64,000 nt of DNA from Candidatus Versatilivorator sp. (GCA_965207735.1 OZ242296.1:2688001-2752000), one strand, 5' to 3'; positions 8,507 to 19,187 are shown, numbered from the stretch's first letter. Numbers and translations are program-made. The notes: generated by a model from the sequence alone, not told the origin.

Positions 8507-9964
8507 TCAGGATGGACCCGGGTCGAATCGAGCCGACACCCAGGCTGTGGCCTGCCGGCGAGTTTTCACCTGATTTTCCAGTTGAGCATCTCTCAAGGAA
8601 CCGAGAATCTCACGGAAAACCGGCCCGGGAGTATATCCCATTTGAATGAGGTCATTGCCGGTCAGGATTGGCTGGGGGTGGAGCTCTTCAGGGACCGAAC
8701 GCTCCAGCATCTCCGCGGCCAGCCTCCAGTTGTCTAGATTTCCATGGCTGCCGAGGCAATCCAGGCGGTGCAGCTCAAGATGCTCCTCGAAGCCCTCCTG
8801 GCCCAGAAAGCGCTTGAGGGTCGAGGCCCGCATCCGTGGAAGGTCGATGAACTTCAGATGGTCCCTGACCAGTGCAGTGATTCTTTCCTGTTGCTTCCTG
8901 CTGAATCGGAGACGTTCGCAAACCCTGAGCGCCATTCGGGCTCCCACGTCGGCATGCCCGTTGAAGCGGATTCTATCGCTGCGCTCAAAGGTCGAAGGCT
9001 TGCCGATGTCGTGCAACAGTACTCCCATGGCCAGGGTGACCGAAGGATAGGGGACCATCGCTTCTCCAAACGGCACACTCGGCAGGAGAGCGGAACGGTC
9101 CGCCGGCCGGTCCGGGCCTTCACCCCCCGGGAGCTTCCTCTCACTCTTTGTGCCGGACCGGTCCATCAATTCCAACATCAGCAGAGTGTGAACCCAACAG
9201 TCCCCTTCGGGATGAAACTCGGGAGGCTGGGGAACTCCTTGCAAATCGGTCACCTCGGGAAGCAGGTGAACCAGCAGTCCCACCTCTTGCAATCTGCGAA
9301 TTCCGTCGGCAGCATAGCCTTCCGTCAGTACTCTGGCCAGCTCCTCCCGAATGCGCTCGGGGCTCACCCGAGTCACCTCCTCAGCCTGGTCCCGCAATGC
9401 AGCCAGGGTCTCCTTCTCCAATTCATAGCCAAATCGAGCCGCGAACCGAACGGCTCTCACCAACCGTAGCTTGTCTTCCCGGAAACGCAGCTCGGCGGAG
9501 CCGATGGTGCGAATGACGCCGGAGCGGATGTCCCGCTCGCCTCCCACAAAGTCCAGGACCTGCCTGGAGGAAGGATCGTAGAGCATTCCATTGATGGTGA
9601 AGTCACGACGCTGCACGTCCAGCCTGGGGTCGGAGGAGTAGGTCACCCGACTGGGACGCCTGCCATCGGGATAGGCGCCGTCAGAGCGAAAGGTGGCCAC
9701 CTCGTAGCTGCCGCCCTTTTCCAAAACCCGGACCACCCCGAAGGCCGCGCCAACGGCGACCGTCCGTGGAAACAGCCTCCCCACCTCCTGAGGTCGGGCG
9801 CTGGTGGCAATGTCGTAGTCCTTGGGGGCAATGCCCATCAGGCGATCCCGAACACAGCCCCCGACGAAATAGGCCGAAAATCCCGCATCCTGCAGCTTGG
9901 CCGCAATTCTGGCGGCACAGGACTCCGAATTTCCGAAGGGTTGTGATGAGAGGGATTCAGCCAT
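8507..9964 (-). CDS. cca: CCA tRNA nucleotidyltransferase with HD domain
   Basis: VGGCVRD, DYDIAT, RRDFTING, EDKLRLVRA, S.ERI, HPEGD...H, LHDIGK. Start set to ATG 9964 to avoid overlapping lexA. Confidence 0.9.
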   Translation of the reverse strand: MAESLSSQPFGNSESCAARIAAKLQDAGFSAYFVGGCVRDRLMGIAPKDYDIATSARPQEVGRLFPRTVAVGAAFGVVRVLEKGGSYEVATFRSDGAYPDGRRPSRVTYSSDPRLDVQRRDFTINGMLYDPSSRQVLDFVGGERDIRSGVIRTIGSAELRFREDKLRLVRAVRFAARFGYELEKETLAALRDQAEEVTRVSPERIREELARVLTEGYAADGIRRLQEVGLLVHLLPEVTDLQGVPQPPEFHPEGDCWVHTLLMLELMDRSGTKSERKLPGGEGPDRPADRSALLPSVPFGEAMVPYPSVTLAMGVLLHDIGKPSTFERSDRIRFNGHADVGARMALRVCERLRFSRKQQERITALVRDHLKFIDLPRMRASTLKRFLGQEGFEEHLELHRLDCLGSHGNLDNWRLAAEMLERSVPEELHPQPILTGNDLIQMGYTPGPVFREILGSLRDAQLENQVKTRRQATAWVSARFDPGPS

Positions 9965-9968
9965 CGCG

Positions 9969-10622
9969 TCAGTACTTGCGCAGGACCCCAATAACTCTGC
10001 CCTGGATCTCCAATTCTCCTGTCTCCATAAAGATTGGCGCCATGGACGAGTTGGCCGGTTGAAGTCGAAGACGTCCATCTCGTTCGCGATAGAAGCGTTT
10101 CAGCGTGGCTTCGCTCCCTTCCACCAGGGCAACCACCGTATCTCCGTTGTCAGCGCGATTGGTGCTCTCCACCATCACATAGTCTCCATCGCAAATGTGG
10201 TCCTCGATCATGGAGTCTCCCTTGACCTGCAAGACGTAGACATTCTTGTTTCCGACGAACTCCTGCAAGGACAGAACCTCCTGGTTGGCAAAGGCCTCAA
10301 CCGGTCGACCGGCGGCAATTCGACCCAACAAGGGCAGGGACCTGGCGTTCTTCACAGGTCCAGGTTCGCTTTCGGACTCTGCCCTCAGCGCGTTCACTTC
10401 AATCATGGGACGGCGGTCGATGACTTCGATCGAACGACTCCGATTGGGATCCCGCCGAATATAGCCCTTTCGCTGCAGCGTGTTCATGTGCTTGTGCACC
10501 GTAGCCAGCGATGCGAGACCCAGTGCTTTTCTGACTTCGTCGTAGCTGGGGCAATAGCCGTTCCGGCGAACAAAGGCATCCAGGAAAGCAAGCACTCGAT
10601 ATTGACGCTTGGTCAAAGCCAT
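9969..10622 (-). CDS. lexA: SOS transcriptional repressor LexA
   Basis: N-terminal wHTH (LTKRQ, PS..E), IAAG cleavage site, GDSM Ser, TLKR Lys. Confidence 0.97.
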   Translation of the reverse strand: MALTKRQYRVLAFLDAFVRRNGYCPSYDEVRKALGLASLATVHKHMNTLQRKGYIRRDPNRSRSIEVIDRRPMIEVNALRAESESEPGPVKNARSLPLLGRIAAGRPVEAFANQEVLSLQEFVGNKNVYVLQVKGDSMIEDHICDGDYVMVESTNRADNGDTVVALVEGSEATLKRFYRERDGRLRLQPANSSMAPIFMETGELEIQGRVIGVLRKY

Positions 10623-10661
10623 ACTACCCCCTGGACTGCATCGAATTCAGGTCCCTAATGT

Positions 10662-10680
10662 AAGCGAATCAAAAGCGAAG
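10662..10680 (-). promoter_or_regulatory. Candidate LexA operator (direct repeat)
   Basis: AAGCGAA repeated with 11-bp period ~40 bp upstream of lexA; the minus strand reads CTTC-N7-ATTC, resembling the GTTC-N7-GTTC box type. Confidence 0.55.
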
Positions 10681-10870
10681 ATCAAATATGTGATCAACCG
10701 CGCCCCCACCCCATACGACGGGGCGGGGGCGCGGTTGATAAGGAATCCGTACTACCGCTGGGAGAAAATCTATTGAGCCTTGAGCCTTTTGCAATATTCT
10801 GCGGGCAAGGGTTTTATGGGTCGCGAGAGGAGTCAGGGAATTCGAGGGGAGGTCCGCTCTGCCCCTAAAT

Positions 10871-10945
10871 GGCCACAAAATGCACAAAAACGGGATCGGG
10901 CAAGACTGGAGCCCGGTTGTGTGCCTTTTGTGCTTTTTGTGGTGG
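10871..10945. repeat. Palindromic intergenic repeat (copy of the 1441-1517 family)
   Basis: GGCCACAAAATGCACAAAAA...TGTGCCTTTTGTGCTTTTTGTGG. Confidence 0.8.
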
Positions 10946-11169
10946 AGCCGTTTCCCCCATTGGCCGGGTAGCGGGAGCTTTCCCGGGAGAAGCCAGGGAA
11001 GAGGTTACTCGCGGGGCAGGTCCGCTCTCTGTTGTTTCATGGAAATGCCCGAATCCGAATTTTGCGAATGAATCGAGAGGGAAACAAGGGACCGACTCCT
11101 GGGCGACCGTCGGTTTATCGAGAGGTCGTCAGCTGGGAACCCATCGTCCTGAATTCAAACGATCATGCC

Positions 11170-11232
11170 TTCGTGGCCCTTCGTGGATAAGTCTTTTTTC
11201 TTTTGTCGTTTGTCGGTTGTTTCAGACAAGAC
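11170..11232. repeat. Intergenic repeat module
   Basis: TTCGTGGCCCTTCGTGGAT...CGGTTGTTTCAGACAAG, as at 46520-46565 and 48457-48515. Confidence 0.8.
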
Positions 11233-11249
11233 AAGCAGCGCCCGTCCCT

Positions 11250-11756
11250 TCAGGTCACCTGGTTGCCTCTGGCCATGACGACATTGCCCGTCCGTACCAG
11301 CTCGATGATGTTGTACTTGTGAACCATGCGCACCAGAGCGTCGATTTTGTCGGTACCGCCGGTAGCCATCAGAATCATTGAGGACTCGGTGAGATCGAGT
11401 GTCTTGCACTTGAAATGTTCCGCCACCTGAAGAGCCTCGCTGCGATCTTCAGGCCCGACGGCCACCTTGATCAGGACCAACTCCTGCACAACGGCGTTTT
11501 CGCCGGTGTGATCCACGCAGTGCAACACATCGATCAACTTGTTGACCTGCTTGATGATTTGTTCCAATCCCCCCGGATTGCCCTTGGTGGTGATGGTCAT
11601 TCTGGAAAACTCCCCATCCACTGAAGAAGAGACCACCAGGGAATCGATGTTGTAACCGCGCCGGGCAAACACCTGGGCGATCCTGGCCAGCACGCCGGGC
11701 TTGTTGGAAACATAGACGCTCAACGTATGGGTGTCGCGACTCAGTAGGCTTTCCAT
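11250..11756 (-). CDS. ilvN: Acetolactate synthase small subunit
   Basis: ACT domain NKPGVLARI..F.RRGYNIDSL; ELVRTG. Confidence 0.95.
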   Translation of the reverse strand: MESLLSRDTHTLSVYVSNKPGVLARIAQVFARRGYNIDSLVVSSSVDGEFSRMTITTKGNPGGLEQIIKQVNKLIDVLHCVDHTGENAVVQELVLIKVAVGPEDRSEALQVAEHFKCKTLDLTESSMILMATGGTDKIDALVRMVHKYNIIELVRTGNVVMARGNQVT

Positions 11757-11813
11757 AGGGCTTCTCTCGAGGAATCGGCCCCCAACTCGGGGGGGGGCGC
11801 CGAATCGGGCGCG

Positions 11814-13538
11814 CTAAGTAGATCCGGTGGGCTTTTCCAGTCTTCTATTGGGCTTTTCGATCAACATGTCTTCAAGCGCCCTGCCGGCGGGAATCATAGG
11901 ATAGACGTTGTCGGTCTTCTCGCACTCCGCGTTCACCACCGCCGGGCCTTGATCGTAGTCGAGCGCCCTCTGGAGGATCTTTCTGACGTCGGCCGGTCGC
12001 TTCAGGGTGAACCCCTTTGCCCCGGGATAGGCGCCGGCCAGCTTGGCGAAGTCGGGATTCCCCTCCAGATCCACTCCACTCTCGCGTTCTCCGTAGAACA
12101 ACTCCTGCCACTGGCGGACCATGCCCAGGTAGTGGTTGTTGAGGACGATGACCTTGATGGGGAGCCGGTGGACGCAGGCGGTCGAGAGCTCACTCATGGT
12201 CATTTGAAATCCCCCGTCCCCCACCACTGCCACCACCAGATCCCTGGGACGGCCGAACTGGGCGCCGATGGCAGCCGGAAACCCATACCCCATGGTGCCT
12301 GCGCCACCCGAACTGAGCCAGTTGGAGGGGTAGTCCGTCTTGTAGAACTGGGCCGCCCACATCTGATGCTGTCCAACGTCGGTGGACACGATGGCCTTTC
12401 CGCCGGTCAGATTGTGCAACTCATCCAGAACATGCTGCATTTTCAAGCCGCCGCGCCTCTTGTATCTGAGTGGGTATTTCTTTTTGTATCCATCCAGGTG
12501 TCTCAACCAACTGGAGGTGTTCAAGGGCGCCACGTGCCGGATCAGCTCTTCGACGATCTCTCTTGCATCTCCGACACACCAGTGCTGGCATTGGATCATC
12601 TTTCCGATTTCGGCTTCATCGATGTCGATATGGATGCGCACCGCATCCTTGCAGAATCGATGCGGCTGACCGACGATGCGGTCGTCGTAGCGGGAACCGA
12701 TCGACATGACCAGATCGCACTCCACCATGGCCTTGTTGGCATAGGCCGTCCCATGCATCCCCAACATGCCGAGAGAGAGGGGATGGGATTCCGGAAATGC
12801 TCCTTTCCCCAGTAGCGTCGTGGTCACCGGAGCACACAATTTTTCCGCCAGCCTCCTGACGGCGCTGGAAGCATTGGAAACCAGAGCGCCGTGACCCACC
12901 AGCAAGACCGGCTTTCGCGCACGGCTGAGAGCCCCGGCAATCTCCAGGATTTGGCTGTGGTCCGGATTGCTTTCAACCCGATATCCCGGCAAATCCATTT
13001 CGGCGTGAAGATCGCCCGAAAAGGGATTCTGGCTCACGTCCTTGGGAACGTCGATCAGCACCGGTCCCGGACGTCCTGTGCTGGCAATATGGAAGGCCTC
13101 CCTCACGACTCTGGGAATGTCGTTGGTGTTCTTGATCAAGTAGCTGTGCTTGACGATCGGCATGGTCAAGCCGAAGACATCCGCTTCCTGGAAGGCATCC
13201 TTGCCCAACATGGGAGTTACGGTCTGGCCCGTCAGAACCACCATGGGGATGGAATCCATCTGGGCAGTCATTATGCCGGTGACCGTGTTGGTGGCCCCTG
13301 GCCCGCTGGTGACCAGCACAACCCCGGGTCTGCCCGTAGCTCGAGCGTAACCGTCCGCCATGTGGGAAGCCCCTTGTTCGTGTCTGACCAGAATCAGCTT
13401 GATCTTGGTTCTGGTGGTGACCAGAGCATCGAAAATGGGAATCGCCGCTCCGCCGGATAAACCCCAGATGTACTCCACTCCTTCATTTTCCAGGCCTCGA
13501 ACCAAGGCCTGGGCTCCATCCATCGTTTCCTGAGTCAT
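11814..13538 (-). CDS. ilvB: Acetolactate synthase large subunit (biosynthetic)
   Basis: [44 protein letters not shown]. Confidence 0.96.
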   Translation of the reverse strand: MTQETMDGAQALVRGLENEGVEYIWGLSGGAAIPIFDALVTTRTKIKLILVRHEQGASHMADGYARATGRPGVVLVTSGPGATNTVTGIMTAQMDSIPMVVLTGQTVTPMLGKDAFQEADVFGLTMPIVKHSYLIKNTNDIPRVVREAFHIASTGRPGPVLIDVPKDVSQNPFSGDLHAEMDLPGYRVESNPDHSQILEIAGALSRARKPVLLVGHGALVSNASSAVRRLAEKLCAPVTTTLLGKGAFPESHPLSLGMLGMHGTAYANKAMVECDLVMSIGSRYDDRIVGQPHRFCKDAVRIHIDIDEAEIGKMIQCQHWCVGDAREIVEELIRHVAPLNTSSWLRHLDGYKKKYPLRYKRRGGLKMQHVLDELHNLTGGKAIVSTDVGQHQMWAAQFYKTDYPSNWLSSGGAGTMGYGFPAAIGAQFGRPRDLVVAVVGDGGFQMTMSELSTACVHRLPIKVIVLNNHYLGMVRQWQELFYGERESGVDLEGNPDFAKLAGAYPGAKGFTLKRPADVRKILQRALDYDQGPAVVNAECEKTDNVYPMIPAGRALEDMLIEKPNRRLEKPTGST

Positions 13539-13580
13539 TTTCTGTGATCAACCCCATAACTGACCGTCATCTTATTCAAA

Positions 13581-13609
13581 AAGATAGTCATATTTCTCCA
13601 TTTTTTCAA
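13581..13609 (-). promoter_or_regulatory. Sigma70-type promoter for ilvBN
   Basis: Minus strand TTGAAA-N17-TATCTT in an AT-rich spacer. Confidence 0.55.
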
Positions 13610-13736
13610 GTCTTAATTTATGTTGAGCTCCTGAGACGTCGATTGATTTGCATCACAGTAGAAAAAGACGAGAATTTCAAGACAAATCAACGATATCTCA
13701 CATGTGATTCTCGAAAAACTCTCGGAAATTACAGAA

Positions 13737-13760
13737 CTGGAGTTACTAATCGAACTCCAG
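13737..13760 (-). terminator. Possible terminator hairpin downstream of lptD
   Basis: CTGGAGTT-N8-AACTCCAG about 22 bp after the lptD stop; weak U tract. Confidence 0.35.
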
Positions 13761-13782
13761 GGTTTGTTATGGGGGGAATATA

Positions 13783-16119
13783 TTAGAAAAGCTGCTCTCT
13801 TCTTCTCAGAGTTCCGAACGAACCGATATTCTTGAGAAAGAAACTGAACCGCACTTGGGACTCGTTGTCCAGTCGAGGGTTGAATTGCCTTAGACCGACA
13901 TGGCGAAGATGAACGGCTACGCCGCAGCAATCCCAATTGTAGGCCAACTGTGCTGCCGTGTACTGTCTGCGCCGGGAGGTGAAATTGTGGACAAAACTGA
14001 GGGCCGCACTGATCCCTTGAGGGGAGGATCGGCCCAGCCTGGCGCGGACCTGGTTGGAAGGAAGCTGGTTGGGGGGCAGGTTGCGGGTATTGTAGTAGGT
14101 CAGGCTTAGGAAGTACCGGGAAAGATTGACTCTAGCGGCGACGCTGCTGGCCCGCAGGCGTTGGACTTCGGGATCGTAATCGGTCCTGAAGTCAACCGTA
14201 TAGCGCCGAGCGGGGGTAAATCGCAACCGGGAGGAAACAGGAGACATCCTTCTGGATCCATCCAGATAAGCAAAAGCCGACAGCGTATTGGCAGGATAGA
14301 GCACGTTTCTTCGCCCAGGGATCAGGGCGCCGCCAAAGGTAGGATCGAAGAAGACCTTTTGCCCGATACTCAAGGACAGAACTTCGGCGGTCGTCCAGCC
14401 CCCGTCAGAGGTTGGGCGGCGAGCAAAGAAGCGATTGGAGAAGACATACTCGACTTCATTGGAGTTGCTTAAGATGTCCTTCTCATCGAAGAGTAGGGTC
14501 TCCCTGAATTCGTCGACCCCGGAGATGTAGCGGTAGGTGATCGACGGTTCGATGAGGTGCTTCAAGCGATGCTGGCCCACCTGAAAGATCCTCTGCAACC
14601 CCGGACCTCTCCAATCAAGTTCCAGGTCGAAGGCCGAGCGGCTCAAATTGCCGGGTCCGACTCCGGTGGGGCTCTGGGGATCCAACCGGTTCGAATAAAA
14701 GGTCTCCCGCCAGCCCACGCTGGAGGTCAGGCTGATCCCGCTCGACCTGATGATGGGAACAGAGAGCTTGGGATAGAAATCGAAGCGCTGGACGATGCCA
14801 GGCGTCGATAGACGGGCGTCCGTGCGGCCCATGCCTTCCACGGAGGTTTCGTAGGAAAAGTAGATCGGCCAGTTTTTTATCCTGCGCCGATGGCCGTTTA
14901 AGTTGAAACTGGGAAACGTGCGGCTAGTGACCGCCCTTTCCCTGGAAAAAATTGTCGAGCGGCGCTCCCCGAAGACGTTGAGGCTGTCGCTCGAAAAGTT
15001 TCGGGTCAGAAAGCCCGAGGACACCTCATCGGGTCTGGAGATCCTGTTGAAAGTGCGTCCATACACCTGTCGAAATTCCTGGGAGCTCACCACATCCACG
15101 CCGGCCGCCGCCCTGAATCCGTTTTCCCACCGGGTCTCCGCCTTGACCTGTGCGCTCTGGCCGCCGAAGCCCATCCGATCCCGGGCAGCATAGCCCACGG
15201 CGGAAATGGAACTGTGCTGGTTGGGCCTGGCCTTGAAATCCAGCCCTCCGGCAGGCCCGCGCTTGGAATAATAATCCGCACGTGTCAAGAGATCGGCGCT
15301 GCGGCCCAGGGTCAAGAAAAAAGCTCCGCTGACGGAGCGCCCGCGGCTGGAGGAGTTGCCCGTGGAAGGCAAGAGAAAGCCTGTCTTTCGCTGCTTTTCA
15401 CTGGTGGGCGCCCTGAGAAAGGGGCTGTAGAATAGGGGAAGTTTCTTGATTCTGAAGACGGCGTGCCGCAGGTTTACGGGCTCGTCCACTTTGAAATCCG
15501 CACCCTTGGCCGAGAAGCTCCACTTGGGAACCGGATCCTCGCAGGCCGTGACCATTCCATCCACGATTCTATACTCATCCTCCCCGACCTTCCGGACCTC
15601 TTTGGCCTGGAAGAGGAAACCGGTGTCGGATCGACTCTGATTCTCGACCTGGGTCTTGCCACTGACGTCGTAAAAGGTCCCCGTCCGGCTGTCCAAGTTG
15701 AATTTGAAGCGAGAGGCGTGAAGACGGGTGAGTCCTTGCTCGAAGTAAACGTTTCCTTCGCCTTCAACATCTCGGGTGCTGTCGTTGCCGCAAATCCGGT
15801 CGGCTTTCAAGAGCAGGTCTCGGAAGCTGACCTCTACATCGCCCTGGGCGAGATAGTCGTGTTTCCCCGTCCTGGCCTGTCGTTCGGCTCGGACGGTGAT
15901 GACTTCGTCACCGACCCGGATGGCAAGAGGATCGATTGCGGCTGATGAGGCAGCTGGCTCCGATTCCGGCTGCTGTTCCCGGGATTGGCTGGATCCCGGA
16001 ATTGCCGAGAGCAGCACCAGTAGCCCGGCCAGTACCCCTATCCGGCCTGGATTGGCCCGGGCTCCGGAATCGCCGGGAATTGGGTCCGTCCTTGAGTGAA
16101 GTGGGCTGAGAGAATGCAC
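13783..16119 (-). CDS. lptD: LPS-assembly protein LptD (start uncertain)
   Basis: OstA-like N-terminus, TAC....P.W, P.FY.P, R.TGFLLP, YNWDCCG, beta-barrel C-terminus. Confidence 0.88.
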   Translation of the reverse strand: MHSLSPLHSRTDPIPGDSGARANPGRIGVLAGLLVLLSAIPGSSQSREQQPESEPAASSAAIDPLAIRVGDEVITVRAERQARTGKHDYLAQGDVEVSFRDLLLKADRICGNDSTRDVEGEGNVYFEQGLTRLHASRFKFNLDSRTGTFYDVSGKTQVENQSRSDTGFLFQAKEVRKVGEDEYRIVDGMVTACEDPVPKWSFSAKGADFKVDEPVNLRHAVFRIKKLPLFYSPFLRAPTSEKQRKTGFLLPSTGNSSSRGRSVSGAFFLTLGRSADLLTRADYYSKRGPAGGLDFKARPNQHSSISAVGYAARDRMGFGGQSAQVKAETRWENGFRAAAGVDVVSSQEFRQVYGRTFNRISRPDEVSSGFLTRNFSSDSLNVFGERRSTIFSRERAVTSRTFPSFNLNGHRRRIKNWPIYFSYETSVEGMGRTDARLSTPGIVQRFDFYPKLSVPIIRSSGISLTSSVGWRETFYSNRLDPQSPTGVGPGNLSRSAFDLELDWRGPGLQRIFQVGQHRLKHLIEPSITYRYISGVDEFRETLLFDEKDILSNSNEVEYVFSNRFFARRPTSDGGWTTAEVLSLSIGQKVFFDPTFGGALIPGRRNVLYPANTLSAFAYLDGSRRMSPVSSRLRFTPARRYTVDFRTDYDPEVQRLRASSVAARVNLSRYFLSLTYYNTRNLPPNQLPSNQVRARLGRSSPQGISAALSFVHNFTSRRRQYTAAQLAYNWDCCGVAVHLRHVGLRQFNPRLDNESQVRFSFFLKNIGSFGTLRRREQLF

Positions 16120-16355
16120 TGGAAAATTCTTGGAAGCGGTTCACGGAGCGCCCGCACCTGAACAAAGGGTCGCGTCCCCTATGGAGCGGAAGCAGCCGAC
16201 AACCATAGGAAAAGCTTAGCACAATGTGAACTTCCCCCGGAGGCGCTCCGCAAGACTGGAATATCGCTAGCCCGTTCTGATAATATCTGCCCAATCCACT
16301 CAGACCGGGACTCTGCTTTTTGGACTTGACCACCTCCACCGGCTGATCGATTTCC

Positions 16356-17372
16356 ATGATTTGTCCTTCCTGTGGCCTCCACAATGCATCGAACACGGAG
16401 AATTGTGTCGGGTGCAATCACCCCCTGCCCCCCTCCTCCGCGGAACCCGCCACGGATCCGAACCCGCCTGACGAGCCAAGCGGGAACCTGGCTGTGCAGG
16501 ACGAACCGGTTTCCTCTCCCGCGGATTTAACGGTGGTGAAGGATTCCCAGCAGCCTCCGCCTGATCGAGTCTCCGTCCCGGACCTGCAGCAGGAACCGTT
16601 CGAAACCGCGGTGAAGGACTTCCTGGATCGGGACTTCGTGAGGACTGAGCCCCCCGCTTCCGGCCCATCCCGGCAACCGCCCGATCAGCAGGAGTCTGCA
16701 CCTGCCGGACCAACTCTTCCGGAATCCGAACCGGCTACCGGCCCTCCCCCCGGCGGCCCGAGAACTGCCAGCCCCACACCGGTTTCGCAGACCGTCCAAT
16801 CCGGCGCTGGGACGGCCCCACGAAGCCAGGGAACCCTATTCTCCGACAAGATTCAAAGGATCGAAATCAAACTCAACCAATCACCGCTTCCATTTGGAGA
16901 AAGCAAGCCTCGGGATACCTTGCTGAGGGATTCCATTCATGAGGACCTGCGGTCCGCATCCGTATGGGATCGTTTCGCCGCCGGGATCGTCGATACTTTA
17001 TTCGTTGTCGGCTGTTGGCTGATCTTCAGCCTGGTGGTCATCGCCTTTACGGATTTCAAGGTGCTCTCCATTTCCGCCGGGCTGGGGCTCGGACTGGTGT
17101 TCCTCTCCATTGCGCTTTCCTACTTTTTTCTTTTCACCGTTCTTGGTGCCCGAACACCGGGGATGGACTTCATGGGCCTGGCGGTCATTCGCTTTGACGG
17201 CGGAATGCCCTCACTCCGGGAAGTAGGTTTGCGGGTTTTCGGTTACTGCATCTCCGCGGGTTGTTTTGGCTTGGGCTTCCTCTGGGCTTTCTTCGATTCG
17301 GAACGACTGACCTGGCACGACCGTATTTCCAAGACCCTGGTGATTGAATCCGGCCCCCCTCAGGGCGATTGA
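16356..17372 (+). CDS. RDD family membrane protein with N-terminal zinc ribbon and Pro-rich linker
   Basis: CPSC..C..C; RFAAGIVD, TPGM, TWHDRISKT. Confidence 0.85.
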   Translation: MICPSCGLHNASNTENCVGCNHPLPPSSAEPATDPNPPDEPSGNLAVQDEPVSSPADLTVVKDSQQPPPDRVSVPDLQQEPFETAVKDFLDRDFVRTEPPASGPSRQPPDQQESAPAGPTLPESEPATGPPPGGPRTASPTPVSQTVQSGAGTAPRSQGTLFSDKIQRIEIKLNQSPLPFGESKPRDTLLRDSIHEDLRSASVWDRFAAGIVDTLFVVGCWLIFSLVVIAFTDFKVLSISAGLGLGLVFLSIALSYFFLFTVLGARTPGMDFMGLAVIRFDGGMPSLREVGLRVFGYCISAGCFGLGFLWAFFDSERLTWHDRISKTLVIESGPPQGD

Positions 17373-17448
17373 AGGTTATCGCTGAAATCGAGCCTGGGCG
17401 CCGGGCCTGGCCTCCTTGCCCGGAGATTTTTTCGTGTGCTAGGATGCT

Positions 17449-18330
17449 TTGGTTCCGGAGTTGACCTTGACTAACAAGTTCACAGTAGCTTTGGCCCAGG
17501 TGTCACCCAAGCTGGGGCTGTTAAAGGAAAACCTGCAACTTCATCTGGACACCATCCGCCAGGCAAAATCGGAAGGCGCGGATCTGGTTGTTTTTCCGGA
17601 ACTTTCCCTGACCGGGTATATTCTGCAGGACCTGGTGCCGGACGTTGCCATCGATCCGCTGAACGCTCCACATCTCCAGCCACTGCTGCAGGGCTGCAGG
17701 GATATCGCCTGTGTTTTCGGCTTTGTGGAAGTCTCGGATCGCTACAACTACTACAACGCCGCCGCTTACGTGTCCGAGGGCAGGATCCAGCATGTGCACC
17801 GGAAGCTGTATCTGCCCACTTACGGCATGTTCGACGAGATGCGCTTTTTCGCCATGGGCGAGAAATTGCGGACTGTCCGCACTCCCTTCGGTCCGTTGGG
17901 ATTGCTGATCTGTGAAGACCTCTGGCACCCCTCTACCCTCTACCTGCACGCGCAGGATGGGGCCCGAGTGGTCGTGACGCTCTCCTCAAGTCCCGGTAGG
18001 GGCGTGAGGACCGACGCAGGGTTCCAGACGTCTCAGGGATGGGAGATTCTGCTGAAGGCCTTGTCGCAGTTTTACACGGTTTACAACCTTTACGCCAATC
18101 GATCCGGGATCGAGGATGGCGCCTACTTCCCCGGAGGATCGATGGTTGTCGGTCCGGTTGGGGAGGTGGTTGCCCGAAGCCAAACCTTTGGAGAGGACCT
18201 GGTGCTGGCCCAGCTGGATCTGGAAGAGATCCGCCGGGCACGGCTCTTCACGCCAGTCCTGCGGGACGAGCGCCTGGATCTGACCCTGAGGGAACTCACT
18301 CGAATTGCCCTTCAGCGCTCTTCGTCCTGA
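17449..18330 (+). CDS. Carbon-nitrogen hydrolase; probable glutaminase subunit of NAD synthetase
   Basis: FPELSLTGY, HRKLYLPTYGMFDE.RFF, ICEDLW (E-K-C triad); directly upstream of nadE. Confidence 0.88.
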   Translation: MVPELTLTNKFTVALAQVSPKLGLLKENLQLHLDTIRQAKSEGADLVVFPELSLTGYILQDLVPDVAIDPLNAPHLQPLLQGCRDIACVFGFVEVSDRYNYYNAAAYVSEGRIQHVHRKLYLPTYGMFDEMRFFAMGEKLRTVRTPFGPLGLLICEDLWHPSTLYLHAQDGARVVVTLSSSPGRGVRTDAGFQTSQGWEILLKALSQFYTVYNLYANRSGIEDGAYFPGGSMVVGPVGEVVARSQTFGEDLVLAQLDLEEIRRARLFTPVLRDERLDLTLRELTRIALQRSSS

Positions 18331-18360
18331 CCCACATATCTCCCGGCTTGTCTAACGCAT

Positions 18361-19173
18361 ATGCAACTGAACTGCCGGCTGGTGAACCAGGTCCTTCAGG
18401 GGTTTGTCCGCGACGAGCTCAGCAAGGCAGGATTTCACCGGGTCGTGGTCGGACTCTCAGGGGGCATCGACTCGGCGGTGTCCTGCTTTCTGGCGGCTCG
18501 TGCCCTGGGTCCTGAGAATGTTCTGGCTGTCATGATGCCTTACAGGACCAGCAGTCCGGAGAGCCTCTCCGATGCCCGGGCAGTGGTGCAGGCGCTCCGG
18601 GTCAAAAGCGAGATCGTCGAAATCACCCCCATCGTGGACGGCTACTTCGAGGCGCAGTCGCAGGCCAATTCCCTGCGCCGCGGCAACGCCATGGCCCGAG
18701 CCCGAATGATCGTCCTCTTCGACAAATCGATGGAGTTCAATGCGCTGGTTCTTGGCACCTCCAACAAGACGGAACTGCTGCTGGGCTACGGTACGCTCTT
18801 CGGAGACATGGCTTCCTCGATCAATCCCGTCGGAGATCTTTACAAGGCCGATGTCTTCAAGCTGGCGCGTTTTCTGCAAGTCCCCCGATCCATTCTCGAC
18901 AAAAAGCCCACCGCCGATCTCTGGGCGGGACAGTCGGACGAAGACGAGTTGGGATTTACCTATGCCGAAGTCGATGAACTCCTGCACGAGCTCATCGACC
19001 GCCGTGTCTCCCGGCAAGAACTGTTGGAAAGAGGCTTCGAGAAAGAATTTATCCATCGGGTCGTCAATAGAATTCGACGCTCCCAGTTCAAGCGGCGCGG
19101 GCCGGTAGTGTGCAAGCTGTCCCCCCGGTCAGTCAGTCACGACTTCCACTATCTCCGAGACTGGGGAATGTAA
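18361..19173 (+). CDS. nadE: NAD+ synthetase (single domain)
   Basis: GLSGGIDS, N.MARARM, GT.NKTE, PTADLW.GQ.DE, QFKR. Confidence 0.95.
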   Translation: MQLNCRLVNQVLQGFVRDELSKAGFHRVVVGLSGGIDSAVSCFLAARALGPENVLAVMMPYRTSSPESLSDARAVVQALRVKSEIVEITPIVDGYFEAQSQANSLRRGNAMARARMIVLFDKSMEFNALVLGTSNKTELLLGYGTLFGDMASSINPVGDLYKADVFKLARFLQVPRSILDKKPTADLWAGQSDEDELGFTYAEVDELLHELIDRRVSRQELLERGFEKEFIHRVVNRIRRSQFKRRGPVVCKLSPRSVSHDFHYLRDWGM

Positions 19174-19187
19174 TTTCCCAGCGCGTT

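Noticed and set aside
9050-9165. Extra ~35 aa in the CCA HD domain as an in-frame repeat insertion
   Set aside because: The DNA matches none of the repeat modules in the window; probably a variable loop.
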